Shown here: one piece after another, positions 1 to 15,220 of the stretch
Layout: each line of letters starts with the position of its first letter
How positions within the stretch are numbered: the stretch's first letter is position 1
Source: Candidatus Heimdallarchaeota archaeon
GTDB taxonomy: Archaea; Asgardarchaeota; Heimdallarchaeia; Hodarchaeales; Hodarchaeaceae
Direction: 5' to 3'
DNA length: 64,000 nt
Assembly: GCA_011364965.1 (NCBI GenBank)
Contig: RDOB01000001.1
Location: 188,017 to 252,016, forward strand
The notes under the pieces: model-generated
Seen by the model: only the letters and a program-made list of their open reading frames with translations
What the model was told of the DNA's origin: nothing
The model's database searches: none
Made by a program: the position numbers and the translations under genes

Positions 1-219
1 TGGATTTTCAATACGATTTTATATGTATTTATGTTAAATCTGATGTTTGCTTTGATGAATTTATTACCTATTCCTTTTCTAGATGGTGATAGGCTATTGA
101 ACTCATTTCTAGGACCTAAGTATGGGAAATACACTTCCTTCATCCGTTATTTCGCATTGGGTGTCCTTGGACTTAATTTACTCCTTTCCTTGCTTGTTAC
201 AGGTTGGCAACCTATTTGA
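1..219 (+). CDS. Site-2 protease (peptidase M50 family), C-terminal part; 5' end outside window
   Basis: Frame open from base 1; NLLPIPFLDG matches the M50 NPDG-like motif. Confidence 0.8.
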   Translation, partial: WIFNTILYVFMLNLMFALMNLLPIPFLDGDRLLNSFLGPKYGKYTSFIRYFALGVLGLNLLLSLLVTGWQPI

Positions 220-339
220 GCTCTTTGCTACTTAAATGCAATTTGAAAAATGGAGCATAGCAGTAATCATTAATACCGTAAGATAATCATATAAATATAT
301 GAAATATCAGTATTAGCTCGGACTTTAAAGTAAGTTCAG

Positions 340-948
340 GTGAAGCACGAAATGCCTTTGGATACCATTTTTTCATTACTTGTAACTTATGATTTTATAA
401 TCCTCATAATTGGAGGATTATTAGCTGCAGCTTGGTTAACAGTAAGACTTGCAGGCGTGAGTGACGAGGATATCTCAAAAACAGTTCGAAATCTATCAAT
501 TATTGGATTTCCTGTTGGTGTAATCGCTTTGATAACCATAGGAGCAGGAATTTATGTCATATCCAAAGAAATATTGATTCCAGAGACATTTGACCTTGTA
601 ACGGTTATATGTCTTGGTTTGCTTGGATTAGTACTAATCTTACGTCCGATTAAGGACTTCAGATTTGGAGCTTTCCTATCTTTAGCTATCGGATTATTAG
701 GAGCAGGATTAGTCGTAATGCTGGGAGCAGATTCAGTTAAACTACTAGCTGGAGTGTTTATAATTATTTTTCTAATTATCTATGGAGCAATAAAAATCTT
801 TGAAGATATGTATCAGCTTATTGCAGAGATCCTAGCTTCGCCATTAGTCTCAGTAAGTATAGGGCTGATTACAATTATACAAGGTATTTTGCTGATATTT
901 AATCTATCTCTTGGTGGTTTACTTACCTTTTTAGCTTTGAAAGGTTAG
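340..948 (+). CDS. Multi-pass membrane protein, unknown function
   Basis: 202 aa, about 6 hydrophobic segments. Confidence 0.7.
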   Translation: MKHEMPLDTIFSLLVTYDFIILIIGGLLAAAWLTVRLAGVSDEDISKTVRNLSIIGFPVGVIALITIGAGIYVISKEILIPETFDLVTVICLGLLGLVLILRPIKDFRFGAFLSLAIGLLGAGLVVMLGADSVKLLAGVFIIIFLIIYGAIKIFEDMYQLIAEILASPLVSVSIGLITIIQGILLIFNLSLGGLLTFLALKG

Positions 949-1451
949 TTATGAATCTCCAGGCGTACAGGATTATTAGCTATAAGTTCAGCAATCTGTT
1001 TTAGTTGATCAATAGAAAACCTAAGAGAGTTAGGGTCTCCACGAAGAGTGATCTTGAGTTCAATATCACCATCGGGAGGCACATAAATTTGGTCTATTTC
1101 CACAATATCCAACGGATGGAACAGATCAGCAAAAGTTGTTCTTGTATCTGTTTTTCTTTCAATTATTTCTATTGGAGCACGAATTTCAGACTCAATAAAC
1201 TGGCGAAGCTCAGTATTTTGGATTATTACATTACCATTTCTTGTTAGAAGAAGAATAGATTCATTCATCTGGTGCGCACGATCCAAAGTTACATTCTGAA
1301 GTTGTTTGAGATATCTTTGTTCCGCTCTGGCAAAAACCTTAGATACTTCAACTTCTAGATTAGTAATTTTCCCTTTACGGAGTTTCTGCTTACATTTTTT
1401 GCATAAAACACCAGTTTTAGCACAGAAATTGCATATTGGAGTCGTTACCAC
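945..1451 (-). CDS. Archaeal NusA-like KH-domain protein with N-terminal Zn site (NusA paralog)
   Basis: PICNFCAKTGVLCKKC..KL..GKIT..EVEVSK N-terminus, typical of this archaeal family. Confidence 0.75.
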   Translation of the reverse strand: MVTTPICNFCAKTGVLCKKCKQKLRKGKITNLEVEVSKVFARAEQRYLKQLQNVTLDRAHQMNESILLLTRNGNVIIQNTELRQFIESEIRAPIEIIERKTDTRTTFADLFHPLDIVEIDQIYVPPDGDIELKITLRGDPNSLRFSIDQLKQIAELIANNPVRLEIHN

Positions 1452-1551
1452 TAGATAATCCTCAATAATATTATATATTAATTCAGAGATAGTTTTAATT
1501 ATCTCATACTAATCTTCTGGGTGTATTTCATTATGATTACTTATTTCTTTT

Positions 1552-2475
1552 CTATAATAAATTCTTCAACACTGCAGCTACTGTATGCAAACGATTCTCT
1601 GCCTCATCAAACACGACAGAATTAGGGCCATAAATTACTTCATCTGTAACTTCTTCTTTATGCCGTGGAAGGCAATGCATAAAAATGAAATCACTTTTTG
1701 CGTAGCTAGTTAAACTAGAATTTACTTGGAAAGCTTTGAATTTTTCCAATTTTTCCTTTGCTTGTTCCTCTTGTCCCATTGAAATAAATGTATCCGTGAC
1801 AACCACATTTGCCCCTTTGACGGATTGAAACGGATCGTAAGTTAAGGAAATCTGTCCACTTTGAGATTGTAAACCCCTGCAATAGCTGATAACATCTGGG
1901 TCAGGTTCATATCCCTCTGGTGTCGCGATAGACATGTTAATCCCCATTTTTACGGCAGCTACCATTAAAGAATGACAAACGTTATTGCCATCACCGATCC
2001 AAGCGATTTTTATGCCCTCAAGTCTTCCAAGGTGTTCTTCAATTGTTAATAGATCTGCAAGAGCTTGAAGAGGATGATATTGATCCGACAGAGCGTTTAT
2101 AACGGGAATTCCTGAATATTTAGCTAATGCTACCACATCCTCATGGTTGAATACTCTAGCGAGTATACCAGAAACCATTCTACCGAGGACTTTTGCGGTA
2201 TCATAGAGAGATTCATTAACACCTAGCTGAATATCATCTTTTCCTAGGAATAAAGCGTGACCACCCAACTCAACCATTGCAGTTTCAGTTGAAACTCGTG
2301 TGCGAGTGGATCGTTTCTGAAAGATCATCCCCAAGGTCTTCCCTAGAAGAGGTTGGGTTTTGATTATCTTATTCCGATTTTTCTTAAATTCCAAAGATTC
2401 GTCAAGAAGAAACCTAATCTCACTTTTGGTCAAGTCTTTTAAGGTTAAGATTGACCTACCCTTTAGATTTATCAT
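1552..2475 (-). CDS. argF: Ornithine carbamoyltransferase
   Basis: STRTR, HPLQ, TDTFISMG, HCLP and EAENR motifs. Confidence 0.97.
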   Translation of the reverse strand: MINLKGRSILTLKDLTKSEIRFLLDESLEFKKNRNKIIKTQPLLGKTLGMIFQKRSTRTRVSTETAMVELGGHALFLGKDDIQLGVNESLYDTAKVLGRMVSGILARVFNHEDVVALAKYSGIPVINALSDQYHPLQALADLLTIEEHLGRLEGIKIAWIGDGNNVCHSLMVAAVKMGINMSIATPEGYEPDPDVISYCRGLQSQSGQISLTYDPFQSVKGANVVVTDTFISMGQEEQAKEKLEKFKAFQVNSSLTSYAKSDFIFMHCLPRHKEEVTDEVIYGPNSVVFDEAENRLHTVAAVLKNLL

Positions 2476-2496
2476 TTCATTTCACTCTTGTCTTTT

Positions 2497-2820
2497 TTAT
2501 TTTATATCTAGAGCTGTTTTTGTAAATAAGTTAAAACCACCATGAATGACTGGTATAAAGGAAATCATTGTGTTAGCATCGATTTTAGTATTAATACCAT
2601 CCAAAGCAGATATTTCTTGGTCATTGATGAAAATTAATAAAGATCGTTTTAATTCAAGGTTATCAGATAAATACTGTCGAAGTAATTGAAACTCTTGTTT
2701 GAGAAGAAGTTCACTTAATAGATCTTTCAGAGTATGATTTGCATTTGACAATGAATATTCAATACTTTGTTGTTTGAAGTCATATTGGAGCGAACCAAGG
2801 AACTTTAATTTAACTTTCAT
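2497..2820 (-). CDS. Urm1/MoaD/SAMP-like ubiquitin-fold protein; GG followed by 12 extra residues
   Basis: MKVKLKFLG start, LIFIND, FIPVIHGG. Confidence 0.85.
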   Translation of the reverse strand: MKVKLKFLGSLQYDFKQQSIEYSLSNANHTLKDLLSELLLKQEFQLLRQYLSDNLELKRSLLIFINDQEISALDGINTKIDANTMISFIPVIHGGFNLFTKTALDIK

Positions 2821-2844
2821 AATAACATCAATTCAGGAGAGACA

Positions 2845-2958
2845 TGCGCCGACCGGGATTTTCAGTTGAAAGGATAACTGAAAGTAAAACCCTTCACCAT
2901 TTGAACCCGAGTTACCAGCTTGGGAGGCTGGAGTCTTACCAGACTGGACCATCGGCGC
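2845..2958 (-). tRNA. tRNA-Gly(CCC) with a 41-nt intron at position 59/60 in the T-loop (intron 2859-2899)
   Basis: Acceptor stem GCGCCGA/TCGGCGC; anticodon arm CCAGC-CTCCCAA-GCTGG; removing the intron gives a 73-nt cloverleaf; BHB motif present. Confidence 0.93.
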
Positions 2959-3034
2959 AAAATAGTGCAAAAAACTACTGATTTTAGTTGATTTAAATAA
3001 TCTACGGTGCATTCAACGATTTCAATTTTCCCGT

Positions 3035-3778
3035 TTAGCGAAACACATCGGTTTGTCGATCTCGATTTAAATCCATTGCAGATGAATCTGCATGAATAAA
3101 TTCTACTCCTCGTACAATAATAACTGGTGTTCCTTCCCCTGCCTGTCCCATCACGAGACCTGCTGCTGCTGCAATTTCATCCGCTCTTGCGACAAATGTA
3201 GATTTCAATTGATATCCATAGAGGTCTTTTCTTCCTCTGAAATCTTCTATTGGCATAATTCCAGCTAAACCAATAGCCACATTCACTGTGCCAACTCTCA
3301 GCGGTCTACCAAATGTATCACTTATAATGACAGCTACATCTTTGCCTAGGTTTTCGAATATAATTCCTTTAATCTTCCTAGCAGATAAATCAGGATCATC
3401 AGGTAATGAAATTACCGTTTCTCCAGGAGAATTAGATTTATCAATCCCACCATTGGCGCAAACAAATCCGTGTTTTGTTGCAGTAATTAAAAGTCGCTCA
3501 TTCATTCTTACTATTTCATTACTCTCTCTAAGTATAACCTCAATTTTACGAGGATCCTTATTTTGAATTTTACCAATATTTATTGCTAAATTACTAGGTT
3601 CGATCTCATTAAGATCAAATATTTTGTTTTCTGCCTTAGAAATCACTGTATGAGCAATAACTATGATATCATTATCTTTTAAGGATATTTTCTTTAATTC
3701 TTCAGTCAAAATCTTATTGAAATCATCTCCAGGATTAATAATTGGGAAATTAAGCAATGGAAAAATCATAATTCTCAT
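3035..3778 (-). CDS. cofE: Coenzyme F420-0:L-glutamate ligase
   Basis: VISKAE, GFVCANGGIDKSN, DTFGRPLRVG, ADEIAAAAGLVMGQ. Confidence 0.95.
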   Translation of the reverse strand: MRIMIFPLLNFPIINPGDDFNKILTEELKKISLKDNDIIVIAHTVISKAENKIFDLNEIEPSNLAINIGKIQNKDPRKIEVILRESNEIVRMNERLLITATKHGFVCANGGIDKSNSPGETVISLPDDPDLSARKIKGIIFENLGKDVAVIISDTFGRPLRVGTVNVAIGLAGIMPIEDFRGRKDLYGYQLKSTFVARADEIAAAAGLVMGQAGEGTPVIIVRGVEFIHADSSAMDLNRDRQTDVFR

Positions 3779-3922
3779 TTTAAATCATTCTCTTTTATCT
3801 AAAGGATATTATATGATGCCTCAGACCGCTCATCGATCATCAAATCTAGTTTCAGTTACCTAAAGGTATCATCATTGGCATAGATCATAAATACAAAATA
3901 ATCTGAGTTATATCATTTAATC

Positions 3923-4672
3923 TTAAATTCCGAACTCTGAAGGCCGAGTTTTGATCTGCTGAGTTAAATCTTCGAGTAATTTTCTCACTTTCTCAGTTTG
4001 AGAAGCATTCCCAATTTTTTGGTATTTATCATGAGCTTTTGCTAGAAGGTCAATAACTTCCTTTATGTTCTCACGTGCACTTATCAATGCCTTAGCTTTA
4101 CGATATAAGGCATGAGCTTCATATCTTGTTGTATCTTCGCGTCCCTTCTTAAATTCCTCGACTGCTTTTTCCAAATAGTAAGCTTTATCAAAATCTGATT
4201 CCATTGCAGCGGCCCTTTGCACAAATGAACGAGCACGGGCCCGGGCGGCCTCTGTTTCCATCCCAGTTGTCTGATATAGAGCTCCAGCGGATTCAAAAAG
4301 CCTTGCTGATTCGATAAATTCACCCTCTTGAGCTTTAACTTTTGCTAATTCCCCTTGAGTTTGAGCTTGAATGGTTCTTGCTTGTTTTGCTTCTGTTGTA
4401 AATCCCTCAGTGGAAAATACCACATTTGCTTTTCCGAAACAACGTATTGCATCAAGAAAATTCGTTTCTAACATATAAATGTAACCATGAGCACAGAGAC
4501 GATATGCTTCGGCACGTTGGCTTAATTTTTTTTCCCCAGCACCAGAAAAGCGTTTAGAAGCGGCTCTAAATCTTTCTAAAGCTTCCTCATAGCGTTGAGT
4601 TTCATAATAAACCATTGCCTGATCAAATTCCTCCTGAGCTTTCTTTACCTTATTTCCTTTGAATATTGGCAC
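3923..4672 (-). CDS. Alpha-solenoid (TPR/SNAP-like) protein
   Basis: Repeated helix pairs: YEEALERFRAASKRF, FLDAIRCFGKANVVF, FIESARLFESAGALY. Confidence 0.7.
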   Translation of the reverse strand: MPIFKGNKVKKAQEEFDQAMVYYETQRYEEALERFRAASKRFSGAGEKKLSQRAEAYRLCAHGYIYMLETNFLDAIRCFGKANVVFSTEGFTTEAKQARTIQAQTQGELAKVKAQEGEFIESARLFESAGALYQTTGMETEAARARARSFVQRAAAMESDFDKAYYLEKAVEEFKKGREDTTRYEAHALYRKAKALISARENIKEVIDLLAKAHDKYQKIGNASQTEKVRKLLEDLTQQIKTRPSEFGI

Positions 4673-5098
4673 TGATTTTATCTCCCAGCTATATTAACTT
4701 GTTAGGAAGTTCTAGCGCAAATAACCTTTTAATATCTTCTCAACGAAGAGATCCTCTTAAGACTTCAGAGATGGTAGATTTAGGTTCTACATAATGCATC
4801 TCAATCAAAGCGTATAAAATTACCTATTCTAGGAATTTTAACCACATGTTGAAACATTATTCCAAATCCTCAATCTGTCTTAAATTTAATCTGAACACTA
4901 TCGTACTAAAATATAAATATCTGATCAGATTAGTTTGGTAGAAGTAATTTCTTTGGTAAAGATGTTTGCAAACATAAATAAACTAAAGAAAGTATTGTAA
5001 GGCCTAATAACTATTACTTGAAAATACCATCCTGATTTCATAATAAAGTAATCTCAGGGATCTATTACTCTGATAGAAGAAATTCATTTCCCAGGGTT

Positions 5099-10201
<5,103 letters not shown>

Positions 10202-10332
10202 ATTTTAGAAGTTGATAGAATCGATATTTAAGGTGAAAAGATAAAGATATAATATAAAAACCAGAAAGGGAATTAAATTAGTATCAAAGGAAAATAAGGA
10301 TTAATATCAAGAAAAGAAATGAAAGAGAAATA

Positions 10333-10851
10333 GTGATAAGGATGAATGGAACCAAATTATTTGCTCAACTTGAAGTGCCACAATTGATTTTCATTTTCAC
10401 GTTTGGTGCTTTGATTATCGTGGGTTTTTTACTGTTTTACTTCAGACAACAAATCATTGATGCTTTAGGAATAAGTTCCGCGAAGAAAACTATTCTCGAG
10501 CAAGAAATTGAACAACGTTTAGTGCAGATTCGACAACTTGCCCGTCAACAAATGTTCAGAGAAGCGGCAGTTCTCATGTGGCAAACAATGACACTCGCAT
10601 CTGAAGGATTTCTTGGTGTAGGCCGAGCTCCTAATGAATCTGCACGTCAATTAGGAGTGAAATTAATGAATAGGGGAGATCTAGATCCTAGCGCAATAAA
10701 TGCAATAGTAATTGCATTTGAAAAAGCTAGATATGGATTAAATACTCCTCTAACAACCCAAGAATTTAAAGATGGATTATCTGGCTTGCATCAATTTTTA
10801 CAAGCTGCAACTTCAGTTGGTAGTATTTCTACTGAAGAAGAATATCAATGA
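10333..10851 (+). CDS. DUF4129-like membrane-anchored protein
   Basis: TM helix followed by RAPNESARQ...FEKARYG; located in a MoxR operon. Confidence 0.75.
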   Translation: MIRMNGTKLFAQLEVPQLIFIFTFGALIIVGFLLFYFRQQIIDALGISSAKKTILEQEIEQRLVQIRQLARQQMFREAAVLMWQTMTLASEGFLGVGRAPNESARQLGVKLMNRGDLDPSAINAIVIAFEKARYGLNTPLTTQEFKDGLSGLHQFLQAATSVGSISTEEEYQ

Positions 10852-10875
10852 AGAATTATGTAAACGTGAAACTTA

Positions 10876-12591
10876 ATGGTAGAGATCAATCGAACGACAA
10901 GTGCAATGATTGCCCTTGCTTTATTTGTTAGCTATCCATTTGTAGCTGCAACCTTTTTTGGTTTCTTATTTACAAGAAATTCGACAAATTTCTCTATCTA
11001 TAATACTGGATGGAATGGCACTAGTACATTCAAAGAAAAATTTCAAAATCATCCCAATGAAGGGCAAATCTCTACAATTATAGGAAGTAGTAACGTTTTA
11101 AATCGTTTGAATTCTTCAGAAATGAATGATAGTCAGGGCACGTTGATCATTCTCGGACCCGCTGTGCACTATGACTTCTCCGAATCTTTAGCAATATTAA
11201 TGTATGCCATCAATGGTGGTCGAGTTTTAATTGCTGACGATTTTGGGACTGCAAATGATATTCTAAGTGTATTTTCAATATTCTTGGGATTTATGTCCCA
11301 GATAAATATAGGAGAACTAGGATTTGGGGACACAGGAGGAGAATTAAACATGTTCGGGTTAAACACGACCAGTAATGAAAACACATCTTCTTCTCCTTCT
11401 AATTTTCCAATTGCAGGAATTGCCATTAATGGTAGTGTCTTGGCAGATCAAGGAAGCTATAATAATACTCCCTTAACGCCGGTATTTCAGTCCCCTAGCA
11501 CTTCTACTCAAACTGAAACAAGCTATCTCATGCCGGCTCCTTGGGTAACTGATTTCACGAATGGATTGAGTGGAAGAGGTGTTATAGGAAATTTTGCTTC
11601 CATAATTACTATGAAAGTTCGATATCCGAATACCACTGCACCTGGTTATCCGGAAACAGTTGAATGGATCACAAAATGGGTTCCCATGGGGGAATTTCCA
11701 GCATCTGCATCTAGTGCGTTCGCTGATCTTGGACAATACGATATAGAAATTCCTGATGTCACTTTCAGTCTACAGATTGCGGTTCTTTATAGCAGCTCAG
11801 AAGCATGGCTCGAATCCGATATTGCAGCAGCAAAACGAGATGTTAATGATATTAGTCCTAATACAAATGAATGGGGAAATCCAAACATTGGATTTCCTGT
11901 GTTTGTTTATTTTCCTTTTCCACTTGGTGGACAGATTATACTATGTTCAGATCCATCCATATTTATCAATCAATATCTTGATACGACAACCTACCCAGCT
12001 GCGTCCCAATATGATAATGAAGCGTTTGCAGATAATGTAATCGCTCTTATGATGGAGGATAGAACAGGACAAACAATTATCTTTGATGAAGGGCATTTAG
12101 CTAATCATCCATTATCACCTGTTCTTCCATTAAGTTTATATTTAAAATTCCTTGATATGGTGACAATGTTTCCCTTATTTGCAGCAGGTTTACCGATCAT
12201 TGCTTTGATATTATCTAGACGCTTTATGCCAAAAAGAACTCAGGCAAAACCATTGCTATTGACCCGAGTGGAACGATATTATGGTAGAAGTTTCTTTGCT
12301 GTGAAAATGAGGTGGTTTCTAGAGTATAAACAATATTCTAGAGGTCTCGAACTAATTTATCGACGATTAAGAAGGAATATTCATAGAAGATATTCTCATG
12401 AGGCCGAATTAACACCAGAAATCACAGCTGATTATCTCACTAAAGAATTTCCTGATAGGTTTAATTATAAAAATATTGCTGATGGATTAAGAATGATTGA
12501 GAATATCATTGTTAATCGAACGTTAATCACTGAAGAAGAGTTTCTTCATCATTATTTGTTCTTAAAAACAATAGGAACAGAAATCGCATAA
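10876..12591 (+). CDS. DUF4350-like membrane protein
   Basis: FSIYNTGWNGTS, GGRVLIADDFG, SDPSIFINQ and FDEGH motifs. Confidence 0.8.
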   Translation: MVEINRTTSAMIALALFVSYPFVAATFFGFLFTRNSTNFSIYNTGWNGTSTFKEKFQNHPNEGQISTIIGSSNVLNRLNSSEMNDSQGTLIILGPAVHYDFSESLAILMYAINGGRVLIADDFGTANDILSVFSIFLGFMSQINIGELGFGDTGGELNMFGLNTTSNENTSSSPSNFPIAGIAINGSVLADQGSYNNTPLTPVFQSPSTSTQTETSYLMPAPWVTDFTNGLSGRGVIGNFASIITMKVRYPNTTAPGYPETVEWITKWVPMGEFPASASSAFADLGQYDIEIPDVTFSLQIAVLYSSSEAWLESDIAAAKRDVNDISPNTNEWGNPNIGFPVFVYFPFPLGGQIILCSDPSIFINQYLDTTTYPAASQYDNEAFADNVIALMMEDRTGQTIIFDEGHLANHPLSPVLPLSLYLKFLDMVTMFPLFAAGLPIIALILSRRFMPKRTQAKPLLLTRVERYYGRSFFAVKMRWFLEYKQYSRGLELIYRRLRRNIHRRYSHEAELTPEITADYLTKEFPDRFNYKNIADGLRMIENIIVNRTLITEEEFLHHYLFLKTIGTEIA

Positions 12592-12629
12592 TTTACTGAT
12601 AATCTACTAGCTAATTAAAAAAAACAGAA

Positions 12630-13694
12630 GTGGAAGACATGAGCAGAACTGACATTAAAGGAAAAGATTTCAAAAGCGATGAATTGACTTTTGAGATGTT
12701 AGAAGTCAACGACGTAGCACGAGCTTACCAACAAATTATGGCTGAAATCCGGAAAGTTTACATTGGACGCACTGAAATCTTTGAAATGCTGTGGATTGCC
12801 ATGCTAACAGGCAAACACGTATATTTAGAAGGTGTACCGGGAATTGGAAAAACATATATGGCGAACACCTTTTCTCAGTGCCTTGGTACTGAATTTAGCA
12901 GAATTCAGTTTACACCTGATATGTTACCTTCAGATATTGTTGGAACTAATATATTTAATCCTAAAACAGGAACATTTCGACTTAAAAAAGGACCAATTTT
13001 TGGTAATGTAATTCTAGCAGACGAAATTAACCGCGCACCTCCAAAAACACAATCCGCAATGCTTGAAGCCATGGCTGAAGGTCAAGTATCTATTGAAGGT
13101 GAAACACACAAACTCGAAAAACCATTTGTAGTATTAGCAACTGCAAATCCCGTTGAACAGGAAGGTACATATCCTTTACCTGAGGCACAACTAGATAGGT
13201 TTATGATCAAGGTTATTATCCATCATTCCTCACCTGATGATGAATTGAGAATTATTAAATTTAAAAATGAGCCAATTCCAGCAATAATCAATCAGGTAGT
13301 ATCTCCTCAAACCATTGTAGCGATGATGGAGGTAGTGAAACGTGTGTATGTTTGTCCTGAAATTTTAGAAATGATCAGAGATATCACTGTTGCTACCCGT
13401 ACTGATCCTCGTTTAGTATTGGGTTGTTCTCCTCGTGGAAGTGAAAGCTTATTATTAGCTGGAAAAGCCCGGGCAGCTATTCATGGACGAGATTTTGTAA
13501 TTCCTGACGATATATTACTAATGATCCCCCATATAGTCCATCACAGAATAATTTTAAAACCAGAAGCAGAGCTTGAAGGAATCACTCAGATAAGAATATC
13601 TGAAGACATCCGAGACATGGTTGCTGTTCCTGTTGATCCAGTTGAAGAAGAAATGGTTTATGAGGAATACGTAGAAGAAATTAATGAAGAATAA
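12630..13694 (+). CDS. moxR: MoxR-family AAA+ ATPase
   Basis: GVPGIGKT, RIQFTPDMLPSD, LADEINRAPPKTQSAMLEAM, YPLPEAQLDRF. Confidence 0.96.
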   Translation: MEDMSRTDIKGKDFKSDELTFEMLEVNDVARAYQQIMAEIRKVYIGRTEIFEMLWIAMLTGKHVYLEGVPGIGKTYMANTFSQCLGTEFSRIQFTPDMLPSDIVGTNIFNPKTGTFRLKKGPIFGNVILADEINRAPPKTQSAMLEAMAEGQVSIEGETHKLEKPFVVLATANPVEQEGTYPLPEAQLDRFMIKVIIHHSSPDDELRIIKFKNEPIPAIINQVVSPQTIVAMMEVVKRVYVCPEILEMIRDITVATRTDPRLVLGCSPRGSESLLLAGKARAAIHGRDFVIPDDILLMIPHIVHHRIILKPEAELEGITQIRISEDIRDMVAVPVDPVEEEMVYEEYVEEINEE

Positions 13695-13745
13695 AACAAA
13701 TAATTCTATATAAATGTAAATATATATTATATTAGGTGTACTTGA

Positions 13746-15215
13746 ATGCTTTCTTCAAGAGGCGCGTTTATAGCGATCGGTGGGATCTTGCTTCTATCCG
13801 TTGGATTAAGTGCCAAAGGTATCGGCACCGTAACAACAATGATTCCAATCCTTTTCGGAGGAGAGGGACTTACACAACAATCAGGTCAGAATCAAACTGT
13901 TGGCTACCCAACTGGGATGGAATTTCTTAGTGCATTTGAAATTCTTAATAGTTCTCCTATTGTTGATTATGGTATGTTTTTGGGTATCTTATTACTATTA
14001 GCTAGTGTTATTGGTCTACCCTTCTTCCAAGCATCAGCAAATGCTTCGCTTATTCGTGTCACGAGAACAGTTGACCGTGAAAAAGCATTCGCAGGAGAGT
14101 ATGTTCATGTCTCGGTAAAAATCGAAAATACAGGAAGACGTCGAATGGATTTTATCGAAGTATATGACGCTATTCCTGATATGTTTGAAATTGTCCTAGG
14201 AGAAAACTTTATCATTACCCAGCTAGATGGAAAAGAAACCAAGGAGTTTTCTTATATTATTCAAGTCAGTACACGGGGAGTTTACCAAATAGGCCCAGTA
14301 AAAGTCATTATTCATGACAGATTAGGATTTTATTTTGAAGAAGACGTGAGACACTTTTACACTGAAGTTTTATGTTACCCTTCATATGAAGATATCCGTA
14401 GAATGGAAGCATTGAGTAAAAGAAGACAACAAGGGAAAATGTTTGGTGCACATAAAACAAAACAAAAAGGAATGGGAGATGATTTTCATGCTTTAGCGCG
14501 ATATTACCCTGGAGCCCCTTTTAAGTCGTTAGATTGGAAAGCTTTCAGTCGAACTGGTGAACTAATGGTAAGGGAGTTTGAAGCGGAGAAAAACATTCGC
14601 TTGCTGGTATTCTTAGACCATAGTGGAAGTATGGGGGCTGGAATTCCATATAATACAAAGCTCGATTTTGCAATCCGTTCTGTGATGCTTGTTATGAAAA
14701 TGGCAGAAGAACGTCAAGATTTATTTGGTTTAATTACTTTTGCAGATAGACCAACCTCTTATCTTCCTCCCGGCGCAGGTAAAGCAAAGTTTTTTCAGCT
14801 TCTAGAAATTTTAGCTTTAGTTGAACCACAAGGAAGATCAGATCCCTTAGCTGCTGTAGATTACGTCATGCAAAGATTACCGCGAGCCTCTTTCTATGTA
14901 TTTTTAACTGATTTGGAATCTTCGGATTCTGAAATATTCACAGAAGCAGCAAAGCGGGCTAGATCGGCAAAAAATAAAATTACGGTTATTTCACCTTTTG
15001 GTCCATTATTTGAAACCAAATTAACTGATCTTACTTCTACGGAACGTGCAATTGCAGAAGCGATTTTCGAAGAATATCTTGGATACCGAAAACAGGTGGA
15101 AGATAGCTTAAGAGGCCTTGGAGTTGAAATTATTAATGTAGGCCCTGATGATATTCTTCCTAATGTCATTAAAACATATATGAAAGCGAAACAAGCAGGA
15201 AAAGGATCGGTGTAG
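13746..15215 (+). CDS. DUF58 / vWA-domain membrane protein
   Basis: DFHALARYYPG..KSLDWKAFSR..LMVREFE; MIDAS-like DHSGSM. Confidence 0.92.
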   Translation: MLSSRGAFIAIGGILLLSVGLSAKGIGTVTTMIPILFGGEGLTQQSGQNQTVGYPTGMEFLSAFEILNSSPIVDYGMFLGILLLLASVIGLPFFQASANASLIRVTRTVDREKAFAGEYVHVSVKIENTGRRRMDFIEVYDAIPDMFEIVLGENFIITQLDGKETKEFSYIIQVSTRGVYQIGPVKVIIHDRLGFYFEEDVRHFYTEVLCYPSYEDIRRMEALSKRRQQGKMFGAHKTKQKGMGDDFHALARYYPGAPFKSLDWKAFSRTGELMVREFEAEKNIRLLVFLDHSGSMGAGIPYNTKLDFAIRSVMLVMKMAEERQDLFGLITFADRPTSYLPPGAGKAKFFQLLEILALVEPQGRSDPLAAVDYVMQRLPRASFYVFLTDLESSDSEIFTEAAKRARSAKNKITVISPFGPLFETKLTDLTSTERAIAEAIFEEYLGYRKQVEDSLRGLGVEIINVGPDDILPNVIKTYMKAKQAGKGSV

Positions 15216-15220
15216 ATTAA

